Shown here in pieces: positions 38,326 to 46,530 of a DNA stretch of 64,000 nt. Where the stretch lies: the NCBI GenBank assembly GCA_964606775.1, contig CAZSGW010000001.1, positions 24,002 through 88,001 on the forward strand, read 5' to 3'. Source of the stretch: Candidatus Woesearchaeota archaeon (lineage in GTDB: Archaea > Nanobdellota > Nanobdellia > Pacearchaeales > GW2011-AR1). A program made the translations under genes and the position numbers. The notes beneath the pieces are model-generated. The model searched no databases. It was given only the letters and a program-made list of their open reading frames with translations, and was not told the DNA's origin. Each line of letters begins with the position of its first letter. Positions within the stretch are counted from its first letter, which is position 1.

Positions 38326-39381
38326 TTAAAAATCCTCCATAATTTCCGTTTGAAGCTTTTTGTAACCAAAAAAATCAGTAGCATAATTATAAGCCCCTGC
38401 ATTCAGAAATACAATCTCCTCACCAACATCAACTGAAGAATCAAGTTTAACTCTATACCTAAAAATATCATCACGAGTAGGGGAATTCCCCTTAATCAAA
38501 AAATAAGAACCTTCCTCGCAATCACTCTTCTCACCCTCAACAAACATCTTAGTATTTGTTAATAAATTATCCAAAGAACAATTATAAATTGAAACATTCA
38601 AAATCAAATTACCTTCATACTTTTGAATTATTTTTGTAACAAGTTTTACACATGGGGCAGCAACAAATCTTCCAGGTTCTATAACCGAACTAATTCCTTT
38701 ATCAGCAAGCCAATCAACAGCATCCTTCAACTTAGCAAAGATATAATCAAAAACATCAACACTAGAACTTCTATAAACCGAGGGTAAACCCCCTCCAAGA
38801 TTAACTAAATTCAATCTCTTCAAACTATCTTCTGTCAAAGAATCTTCCAAATCAGAAACAATATCCCATTCAGAAGTATTCTGACTTTTCCTATGAATGT
38901 GGACTCCAAGAAGGCCAATAAATTCATTATCCTTAATTTCCGAAATAAACTCATTAACTTTTGAAGAAGACATCCCATAAACAAAATATTTTCCAGTTCC
39001 AATTCTATGCTCTTGAAATTTCATTCTTAAAGACAAATTTATTTTAATTTTTTCAGATTCAATAACTCGTAACAACCTCCTAAAATCAACCTCGTTATCA
39101 ACAACAAAATTCCTCACTCCTTCAAAAAGAATTTTTTTCAAATCCTCAAAAGATTCAGCCTGATTAAAAAACCAAATCTTATTCTTTTCCTTAATATCCT
39201 TAATCTCATCCTCAGAATGAATAGAATAATCAACATCGTTACATTCAGGCATTTCCTGAAGAACATTTCCAACTTCACGATTTGTCTTATATGAATAAGA
39301 AACTTTCAAACCAATTTCTTCAAGCTTCCTAACTTGTTCCAAAAGAACTTTCTTAGACAAAACAAATTTAGCATCATCCAT
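38326..39381 (-). CDS. Fold-type III PLP-dependent decarboxylase (Orn/Arg/DAP decarboxylase family, compact 351 aa)
   Basis: PLP-lysine motif SYSYKTN (compare FYAVKCN), glycine-rich loop GGGLP, and EPGR. Confidence 0.7.
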   Translation of the reverse strand: MDDAKFVLSKKVLLEQVRKLEEIGLKVSYSYKTNREVGNVLQEMPECNDVDYSIHSEDEIKDIKEKNKIWFFNQAESFEDLKKILFEGVRNFVVDNEVDFRRLLRVIESEKIKINLSLRMKFQEHRIGTGKYFVYGMSSSKVNEFISEIKDNEFIGLLGVHIHRKSQNTSEWDIVSDLEDSLTEDSLKRLNLVNLGGGLPSVYRSSSVDVFDYIFAKLKDAVDWLADKGISSVIEPGRFVAAPCVKLVTKIIQKYEGNLILNVSIYNCSLDNLLTNTKMFVEGEKSDCEEGSYFLIKGNSPTRDDIFRYRVKLDSSVDVGEEIVFLNAGAYNYATDFFGYKKLQTEIMEDF

Positions 39382-40315
39382 CTAAAAGCCCTTCCTTTTT
39401 CATTTCATCTAAAACACCAACCATCATTAAAGGAAAAGTTATACAAACATCTCCGTTAACTGTTGCAGCTTCACCATCATCCTTAATCTTACCCCAAGAC
39501 TTGGCTTCCTGTGTGGTGGCTCCAGACATAGAACCCGAAGAAGAATGACTTGTAGTAAGATAAACTGCATAATCAAAACCTCCAGAAAGAAGCGAAGAAA
39601 AAACGGCATAATGTTTTGAAATACTTCCTCCCAAAGAAATCAAACCCTTCCTCTCATCAAAACTTAGATCTTCTGTAACTCTTTTCATATCTAAAAGAGT
39701 ATCTACAATAAAATCAGGGTGTTTTTGTTGAAACATATAAAGCTGAAAACCAAAACTCGAATCAGCAATACCGGGACAATAAATTGGAATATTATTCTTT
39801 GCCGCTTGATACAAAATAGAACCCTCATCATCAATCATCAAACCAATTTCATAAAGCAATTCTGAAACAGGAATTCTCTTTTTCTTTCCATAAATTTTTT
39901 CTAAAAACTTACTCATACTATCTTCAAACTTCATATAACTTTTAGTATGAATCAAGATGTTGCCCACCCTATTTTCTCCTCTTTCATGTAAAGCAGTATC
40001 ATCAGAATTAAACGAAACAACCTCAAAATCTTCTCCAAAAGACTTCATAATGTCCTCTTCTATAGCTCCAGAAGTTGTAACCAAAATATTTGGAATTTTC
40101 TCTTTACATAATTGAGCAAAAAAACCTCTTAAACCAGAGGTAACCATATTTGAAGTAAATGTCAAAAAAATCTTTGCACCAGACCTCTTCATTTTCAAAA
40201 CAACTTTCGCCGCTTCCGACAACTCAACAGCCTGATAACCTAAAGAGCCATAGCTATCCAAAAGTTCAGATACTTTCATTCCCCCATGCCACAAAAAATC
40301 TTTAACCTTTTTCAT
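39374..40315 (-). CDS. dys: Deoxyhypusine synthase
   Basis: ..IFLTFTSNMVTSGLRG.., ..GGSISKHY.. and overall DHS length (313 aa); 8-nt overlap with the decarboxylase gene. Confidence 0.85.
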   Translation of the reverse strand: MKKVKDFLWHGGMKVSELLDSYGSLGYQAVELSEAAKVVLKMKRSGAKIFLTFTSNMVTSGLRGFFAQLCKEKIPNILVTTSGAIEEDIMKSFGEDFEVVSFNSDDTALHERGENRVGNILIHTKSYMKFEDSMSKFLEKIYGKKKRIPVSELLYEIGLMIDDEGSILYQAAKNNIPIYCPGIADSSFGFQLYMFQQKHPDFIVDTLLDMKRVTEDLSFDERKGLISLGGSISKHYAVFSSLLSGGFDYAVYLTTSHSSSGSMSGATTQEAKSWGKIKDDGEAATVNGDVCITFPLMMVGVLDEMKKEGLLDG

Positions 40316-40477
40316 TTTATAAAGAAGTCCAGACTAGAATTATAGAATTGGTATAGCCAAACAAATCCTAAATTCTCTTATCATACAACAGCTAAAAACA
40401 TCCCATTTTTAAGGGTTTCGAAACATCTTTTTCTTCACGAAAATCTTTTTAAACTAAAGTAAAGTCATAATTCTACA

Positions 40478-40663
40478 ATGAATAAAATATTAAGCGTTTT
40501 AATCGGGCTAATCCTTTTGGTAATTCCTATATATGCGTGGGTTATGAACTCGTACGGGCTAGGAAATGCTGCGATGCTTTTCCTCAAGGGAGGAATCATG
40601 TGGGGAGTTATATTAATTGGTTTAGTATTAATCCTCCTAGGATTAAATAGTCTTAGCGACTAA
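40478..40663 (+). CDS. Small two-TM membrane protein (61 aa)
   Basis: Two hydrophobic helices; weak support. Confidence 0.3.
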   Translation: MNKILSVLIGLILLVIPIYAWVMNSYGLGNAAMLFLKGGIMWGVILIGLVLILLGLNSLSD

Positions 40664-41244
40664 CTTAACGAAATTAAAATACCTTCTATAACAGCTGCAA
40701 AAATTAAAAGGGGAACAATAAATAGTACGAAGACCTTTATTGATTTTTTTAAACGTTCCAAAAATATCTTCTGATTTTTATTAAAAACACTTGCCCCAAT
40801 TCTTAAGCCTAAACCAAAGGAAACTATTATGGCGGGCAACTCAAAAATCCCGTGGGGAAAAAGTCTCCATAAGGATAATATTCCCGAAGATTGGACAGAC
40901 ATAGAAGCGACAAAGCCCAAAACATAACCATTAATAAGAGTATAAATAATAGGAAAAATTCCGAAGAAAATTCCAAAAACCATCCCAAAGAAACCACTTT
41001 TCAGATTATTAAAGAAAATAAAATTAATCAATTCTAAAGAAGACATTCCAGAAGTTTTATCCAAGAGGTCTGAAATAAACACAATGATTTGATTCAATAC
41101 AGCTTCAGGAGGAGAAATAAAAAAACCAATCAAACTCGAAAACAAAAAAAGTCCGCAGATTATCCAAATAAATTTTCTAGACTCTCGAAGATAATTCCAC
41201 GCTTCAATATACTCCTTTTTCAAATTAAATCTCTTTTTCATCAA
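40660..41244 (-). CDS. SpoIIM/DUF95-family membrane protein
   Basis: ..LFPHGIFELPAIIVSFGLGL.. is the conserved core of the stage II sporulation protein M family; 5 TM helices. Confidence 0.6.
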   Translation of the reverse strand: MMKKRFNLKKEYIEAWNYLRESRKFIWIICGLFLFSSLIGFFISPPEAVLNQIIVFISDLLDKTSGMSSLELINFIFFNNLKSGFFGMVFGIFFGIFPIIYTLINGYVLGFVASMSVQSSGILSLWRLFPHGIFELPAIIVSFGLGLRIGASVFNKNQKIFLERLKKSIKVFVLFIVPLLIFAAVIEGILISLS

Positions 41245-41921
41245 CTAAAATGTTTGCCGATTCTTTTTATTTTATTTCTATAATTATGCCTAAGATAAAT
41301 TCCATAAATCAAACCAGTAATCAAACCCCCCAAATGTGCAGTATTCCCAATAGGAATGTCTGCTGCTGCAGATATTCCCCATAAAGCCAAAAGCAACCCT
41401 GGAGCCGCATACTTCAATTTTATCGGAATTGGAACAAACATAACATAAACGGGAAGATTAGGAGTCAAAAGCATTAAAGTTCCGACCAAACCAAACAAAG
41501 CCCCCGAAGCACCAACAGCATAAGTATTCAAAGCAGAAGGATTAAAAAAATAAGTAATCAAAACAAAAAACAATCCCGCAAATAAACCAGCAATCAAATA
41601 AAAATAAAGATACCTTTTCTGTCCCAAAATTCTCTGGAGTAAACTCCCAACAAAAAACAAAGAAAGCATATTCACAAATAAATGAAAAATCATGTTCGGG
41701 CTATGCATAAACATGCTTGTTAAAAAAGTCCAGAGATATTTTCCTTGAAGAACATTTGAAGGATTCAAAGCAATATGATTAAGAGTCAAAATTTTTGTAG
41801 ACATTAAAATAAAAAAAGCAATAAAGAAGATAACATTAGCCAAAATAATCCAAGTATTTACACTCAAACTTCCAAAAATATTTCTTTTTTTCTTAGGAGA
41901 AATCTCATAACTATAATCCAT
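41241..41921 (-). CDS. Rhomboid-family intramembrane serine protease
   Basis: The GASGALFGL catalytic Ser motif and the TM6 His in NTAHLGGLITG. Confidence 0.8.
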   Translation of the reverse strand: MDYSYEISPKKKRNIFGSLSVNTWIILANVIFFIAFFILMSTKILTLNHIALNPSNVLQGKYLWTFLTSMFMHSPNMIFHLFVNMLSLFFVGSLLQRILGQKRYLYFYLIAGLFAGLFFVLITYFFNPSALNTYAVGASGALFGLVGTLMLLTPNLPVYVMFVPIPIKLKYAAPGLLLALWGISAAADIPIGNTAHLGGLITGLIYGIYLRHNYRNKIKRIGKHFS

Positions 41922-41951
41922 AAAAAACTAACATACTCTCAATTTATAAAA

Positions 41952-42707
41952 CTATTTTTTCTTCGAAGTTTTCTTCTTAGCTACTTTCTTTTTAGATGTC
42001 TCTTTCTTCGCAACTTTTTTCTTCGAAGTTTTCTTCTTAGCTACTTTCTTTTTAGATGTCTCTTTCTTCGCAACTTTTTTCTTTGTTGTCTTCTTAGCAG
42101 TAGCCTTCTTTTTAGCAGCTCTCTTATCTGCCTTTTCCTTAGCCAATTTCTTCTTTTCTTTTTCCTTAATCTTCTCCTCTTTTTCTAGTTCTTTATTAAT
42201 TTCCTCCTCAACTAAAACCAATTTCTTTTCATACTTATCCTTGTTTCTTTTTAATTCCCTTAATAATTTGGCATTATCCTTTAAAGTAAAAACATCTCCA
42301 CATTCAGAACAAAGAAAATTCTGTAATAAAGCATTATCTTCGTTGAATTCAATCCCGCACCTCTCACAAACATAAAATTGTTTAGTTTCTCTATTACTTA
42401 TCTGTTGATTAAAGATATTTAGTCTTTTAATTAAAATTTCTTTCAAATACTCTAATGCTTTTAGCTTTTCTATTTTCCAAAAATAAGTATACCACCCTTT
42501 CTTTTTATCTTTCTTCCTTATCGAAGAAACTAAACCCTGGTCAGAAAATTTATACAAAAGATTCCTTATCTGGTTTATAGTCATATCGGTTTTTTTTGCA
42601 AGTATAAATTCGTTAACATGTTTCTTAGAATTAAGCAAATCTGCCATCGGTTCCGCGGGCTTTCCAGCGACGTCGACAACCACCTCTTTAAGAAACTCAT
42701 CAATCAT
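41952..42707 (-). CDS. tfe: Transcription factor E alpha (TFE/TFIIE-alpha homolog) with a Lys-rich repeat tail
   Basis: Winged helix ..INQIRNLLYKFSDQGLVSSIRKKDKKKGWYTYFWKI..; zinc ribbon CERCG..CSECG; a C-terminal 80 aa of (KKKVAKKETSKKKVAKKKTS)n. The start is placed at the internal MIDEF; the upstream 68 codons in the ORF track look non-coding. Confidence 0.6.
   Translation of the reverse strand: MIDEFLKEVVVDVAGKPAEPMADLLNSKKHVNEFILAKKTDMTINQIRNLLYKFSDQGLVSSIRKKDKKKGWYTYFWKIEKLKALEYLKEILIKRLNIFNQQISNRETKQFYVCERCGIEFNEDNALLQNFLCSECGDVFTLKDNAKLLRELKRNKDKYEKKLVLVEEEINKELEKEEKIKEKEKKKLAKEKADKRAAKKKATAKKTTKKKVAKKETSKKKVAKKKTSKKKVAKKETSKKKVAKKKTSKKK
41961..42080. repeat. Perfect 60-bp tandem duplication (2 copies, plus a diverged third) encoding the Lys-rich tail of TFE
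   Basis: 41961..42020 and 42021..42080 are identical: cttcgaagttttcttcttagctactttctttttagatgtctctttcttcgcaactttttt. Confidence 0.9.
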
Positions 42708-42830
42708 AACTGATATAAAAAAGATTATTATTAAATACCTTTCGGTCAGACATTTTCGAATAAACTCCCTGAGACAATAAAAAAAAACATTTTTAAACCT
42801 ATATTCTATCATATATATAATAAAAAAGAG

Positions 42831-43391
42831 ATGTTCAAACATACAATGGGTTTGTTTAATAAAAAAAAGAAGGTGAAAAAAATTTCTATGTCTGAAAACG
42901 AAGTTCCCCAATTACCTAGATTAGATCTTCCAAAATTTAAAGAGCCAATTCATCAATTACCTCAACTACCTTCAAACTCAGTAGGAGAAAGATTTTCTCA
43001 GAACTCTATAAAAGAAAGTGTTGCTGGGGGAAAAGAGGATGAGTTGGAAGAGGAAGATTTCGAGCAAATAAGTAGTCCTCTTTCAGCTCCAAGAGGGATT
43101 ACTGAAGAAATATCGGAACCTCCAGCAATAAGAACGCCTACAAGAACAACTAACTCAAGAACTAAATCTCCAAAAGAACCAATATTTGTTAGAATTGACA
43201 AATTCGAGGAAGGCTTAGAAATATTTGAAAAATCACGAGATAAAATTCACGAGATGGAAAAAATACTTCAAGACATAAAAAAACTTAAAGACGAAGAACA
43301 AAAAGAAATAGAAATGTGGGAACAAGAAATATCTACAATGAAAAGTCAGATTGAAAAAGTAGATAAAGATATTTTTTCTAGAATAAAATGA
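42831..43391 (+). CDS. Hypothetical protein with Pro/Thr-rich disordered middle region and C-terminal coiled coil (186 aa)
   Basis: ORF divergent from tfe. Confidence 0.4.
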   Translation: MFKHTMGLFNKKKKVKKISMSENEVPQLPRLDLPKFKEPIHQLPQLPSNSVGERFSQNSIKESVAGGKEDELEEEDFEQISSPLSAPRGITEEISEPPAIRTPTRTTNSRTKSPKEPIFVRIDKFEEGLEIFEKSRDKIHEMEKILQDIKKLKDEEQKEIEMWEQEISTMKSQIEKVDKDIFSRIK

Positions 43392-43744
43392 CTGAAAATC
43401 TTCATGTAAGAGTAGAATACGAAGAACTATACAACTCAAAAAAAGACGTTCTAATATTGCAAGCAAGTATTTTAAGAGGATTGCAAAATTTAAAGAAATA
43501 CAAAGAGTCAAGAGCAACAGAACTAAAAAAGAAAAATAATCTTCTAAGAAACCTCAAATCAGTAAAAAGTAATTTCACAAAATTAAAACAAACACTTCCA
43601 AAAGTTGAAGAACCAAAAAGTTCAAAGGAAGAAGATAAAGAGCTTCCAAAACTTCCAAGAAACAAAACAAAAGATAAAGAGCAAAATAAGATTGAATCAG
43701 AATTAGAAAAAATACAAAAGAAACTTAGGCAACTAGGCGGCTAA
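43388..43744 (+). CDS. Coiled-coil hypothetical protein (118 aa), translationally coupled (ATGA overlap) to the preceding ORF
   Basis: Heptad-rich K/E sequence. Confidence 0.4.
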   Translation: MTENLHVRVEYEELYNSKKDVLILQASILRGLQNLKKYKESRATELKKKNNLLRNLKSVKSNFTKLKQTLPKVEEPKSSKEEDKELPKLPRNKTKDKEQNKIESELEKIQKKLRQLGG

Positions 43745-43797
43745 TTTAAAACAAATCCCACAAAAAAGAATATAAAACATAATTCTCTTAGAAAAAT

Positions 43798-45492
43798 ATG
43801 AAAAGAACAGAACTCATTAAAAAATACATAGAATTTTTCAAGGCAAAAGGACACAAGGAAATATCAAATTCTTCGTTAATCCCAAAAGATGACCCGACGG
43901 TATTATTTACAACTGCCGGAATGCACCCTCTTGTACCTTTCCTACTCGGACAAAATCATCCCTCTGGAAAAAAATTATGTAACGTCCAAAGATGTATTAG
44001 AACAGGAGACATCGAAGAAGTAGGTGACGAAACACACCACACATTTTTTGAAATGTTGGGGAATTGGAGTTTAGGTGAATACTGGAAAAAAGAATCAATA
44101 GAATATAGCTACGATTTTCTTAAAAACAAATTAAATATTCCCAAAGAAAAAATTTCAGTTACTTGTTTTAAAGGAGAAGGAAAAATACCTAAAGACAAGG
44201 AAGCAGAAGAAACTTGGAAATCCCTTGGAATTGCAAAAGAAAAAATAAAATTCCTTGGAAAAAAAGACAACTGGTGGGGACCAGCAGGAACGACGGGACC
44301 ATGTGGGCCAGACACAGAAATTTTTGTAGACGGAATAGAAATATGGAACAATGTTTTTATGCAATACAAAAAAGATAAAGAAGGAAATTATAAACCGGCA
44401 AAACAAAAAAACATAGACACAGGAATGGGTGTTGAAAGGACTCTTGCATTCTTAAATAATACAAAAGACAACTATTTGGGGGAAACGTTCAAGCCAATAA
44501 TAGAAAAGATAGAAAAAATATCAAAGAAAAAATATTTGGAAAACAAAAAAGAAATGAGAATAATAGCGGACCATATTAAAGCAGCTGTTTTCATAATTGC
44601 CGACGGAATAATTCCTTCAAATAGAGAACAAGGTTATGTTCTGAGAAGATTAATCAGAAGAGCAATAAGATACGGAAGAGAATTAAAATTAGAAAATTTC
44701 GTTACTAAAATCGCAGAACCAGTTTTCGAAATTTATACTGATTACGAAATCCTAAAAGAATTTAAAGAGAAAATCACAGACGAATTAAAAAGAGAAGAAG
44801 AAAAATTCAACAAAACAATAGAAAAGGGACTAAAAATATTTAAAAAAATAACAAAAGGAAAAAAAGAATTGGGATGTGAAGATTCATTCTTACTATACCA
44901 AAGTTATGGATTTCCCAGTGAAATGATTGAAGAAGAATGCAAAAAAAATAAAATAAAATTCTCAATAAAATCCTTTGAGAAAGAATGTAAAAAGCATCAA
45001 GAACTATCAAGAACAGCATCGGCAGGAAGATTCAAATCTGGATTAGCAGATGATTCAGAACGAACAAAAAAATTACACACCGCAACACATTTACTACACG
45101 CAGCACTAAAGATAGTTCTAAAAGACAAAAATATAATTCAAAAAGGTTCGAACATAAATCCAGAAAGATTGAGATTCGATTTTAATTTTCCAAGAAAGTT
45201 AACAAAAGAAGAAATAAAAGAAATTGAAGACTTAGTAAATTCAGAAATACAAAATTCTTGTGAGATAAAAAGAGAAGAAATGACTCCCGAAGAAGCAAAA
45301 GTCTCAGGTGCTTGTGGAATATTCGATAAAAAATACGGAGAAAAAGTTTCAGTATACTCAATTGGAAATTTTTCAAAAGAAATTTGTACCGGGCCTCATG
45401 TAAAAAATACTTGCGAATTAGGAAAATTCAAAATCAAAAAAGAAGAATCTTCAAGTTCTGGTGTTAGAAGAATTAAAGCTATTTTAAAATAA
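43798..45492 (+). CDS. alaS: Alanyl-tRNA synthetase, short form (catalytic + tRNA-recognition + editing core; no C-Ala domain)
   Basis: FTTAGMHP, QRCIRTGDIEEVGDETHHTFFEMLGNWSLGEY, editing HxxxH (TATHLLH) and CTGPHV; only 564 aa. Confidence 0.8.
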   Translation: MKRTELIKKYIEFFKAKGHKEISNSSLIPKDDPTVLFTTAGMHPLVPFLLGQNHPSGKKLCNVQRCIRTGDIEEVGDETHHTFFEMLGNWSLGEYWKKESIEYSYDFLKNKLNIPKEKISVTCFKGEGKIPKDKEAEETWKSLGIAKEKIKFLGKKDNWWGPAGTTGPCGPDTEIFVDGIEIWNNVFMQYKKDKEGNYKPAKQKNIDTGMGVERTLAFLNNTKDNYLGETFKPIIEKIEKISKKKYLENKKEMRIIADHIKAAVFIIADGIIPSNREQGYVLRRLIRRAIRYGRELKLENFVTKIAEPVFEIYTDYEILKEFKEKITDELKREEEKFNKTIEKGLKIFKKITKGKKELGCEDSFLLYQSYGFPSEMIEEECKKNKIKFSIKSFEKECKKHQELSRTASAGRFKSGLADDSERTKKLHTATHLLHAALKIVLKDKNIIQKGSNINPERLRFDFNFPRKLTKEEIKEIEDLVNSEIQNSCEIKREEMTPEEAKVSGACGIFDKKYGEKVSVYSIGNFSKEICTGPHVKNTCELGKFKIKKEESSSSGVRRIKAILK

Positions 45493-45501
45493 TAATCGCA
45501 A

Positions 45502-46530
45502 TTACAAACCGTAATTAAGTTTCAATGACTCATACTGCTTCTTTTGAAAATAATTTAGCTTGTTACCATCCAAAATTTTACTTCTATACTTCGTCCATTT
45601 TTCCGCATCTTCATATTCATAAATCACTGGTAACTTAGCTCCAGAAGAAATTTTAAAGCTCTGAGGGTCTGAAGAAAGGTAGCCAAACCAAGAATAATAA
45701 CCATTATCAAAAGTAATAATAGAAGGAGTTGTAGTTTCAACAAAACATCTCTCCTTCTCCTCACAACCAATCCAAACCGCTTCATGATTCTCAATAGGAT
45801 AATAAAAAAATCCTGATTCATAATCTAACTTCTTCAATAAAAACAACAACAATGCAGATTTCTCTCCACAAATTCCTTTTTCATCATACAAAACCTCGTA
45901 AGGATATCTTGAATGAATCAGAACCGAATTAGAAAACTGAGAAGTCTTATTTGAAAAGCCGTAAGGAATATTTTGAACAAGACTAACAGCAATCCTGGCC
46001 TGGTCAATTTTATCCGAAGTAATATTTTGAATTTTAATTACCAACTCAGATAAAAAAACATCCTGAACCTCCTCTCCAATAAAATTTTCCTTAAAATCTT
46101 TCCTTGTAACTTCCTGTCCATCAGAATAAATATTTCTCGGCAATTCTGAAAGATAATCATTAAGCCCCCTATAAACTTCAAGATTAACAAAATCTTTTTT
46201 CCCTCTCAAAATATAATTTAAGCTAAGAGGTTTACCTCCAGTTTGGTAATCTGATCTACATGAACCATCCGCCATCTCATCAAAAAACTCTGGGCACCCA
46301 CAAGAATAATTTATCTCTAAACTTCCATTATTACAATAATAAGGTTTCGTAAAAGAACACCTCCCAAACAAAGTTCCGTCTCCACATGAATCATTCACCT
46401 TAACAAGTTCTTTTGGTTCGGCAATATTAAAATACAAAATACCTACAAGAAGAAACAATCCCAAAAGAATTATCCAAAACCGATTTATTCCCGGCCTTTT
46501 CTCTTCTTTATCACTCTTTTTTTTACTCAT
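45502..46530 (-). CDS. Membrane-anchored transglutaminase-like cysteine protease superfamily protein with Cys-rich ectodomain
   Basis: N-terminal TM; GICGEKSALLLFLL (catalytic Cys) ..NHEAVWI (His) arranged as in the TGase-like core; 4-nt overlap with leuS. Confidence 0.45.
   Translation of the reverse strand: MSKKKSDKEEKRPGINRFWIILLGLFLLVGILYFNIAEPKELVKVNDSCGDGTLFGRCSFTKPYYCNNGSLEINYSCGCPEFFDEMADGSCRSDYQTGGKPLSLNYILRGKKDFVNLEVYRGLNDYLSELPRNIYSDGQEVTRKDFKENFIGEEVQDVFLSELVIKIQNITSDKIDQARIAVSLVQNIPYGFSNKTSQFSNSVLIHSRYPYEVLYDEKGICGEKSALLLFLLKKLDYESGFFYYPIENHEAVWIGCEEKERCFVETTTPSIITFDNGYYSWFGYLSSDPQSFKISSGAKLPVIYEYEDAEKWTKYRSKILDGNKLNYFQKKQYESLKLNYGL

Noticed and set aside
38304-38402. 33-aa N-terminal extension of the DHH gene in the ORF track (MQGLIIMLLIF..)
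   Set aside because: It overlaps the C-terminus of the upstream decarboxylase gene and lacks similarity to DHH N-termini. The internal Met (MLNKKQ) directly precedes the DHH motif.
41955-42100. Possible CRISPR-like repeat array
   Set aside because: Only 2 to 3 tandem 60-bp units with no unique spacers, lying in frame within the TFE coding tail. This is a coding tandem duplication, not a CRISPR array.
42708-42911. 68-codon 5' extension of the TFE ORF (MGNFVFRHRNFFHLLFFIKQTHCMFEHLFFIIYMIEYRFKNVFFYCL..)
   Set aside because: F/H/Y-rich translation of AT-rich promoter DNA shared with the divergent gene at 42831. The TFE winged helix starts at MIDEF.
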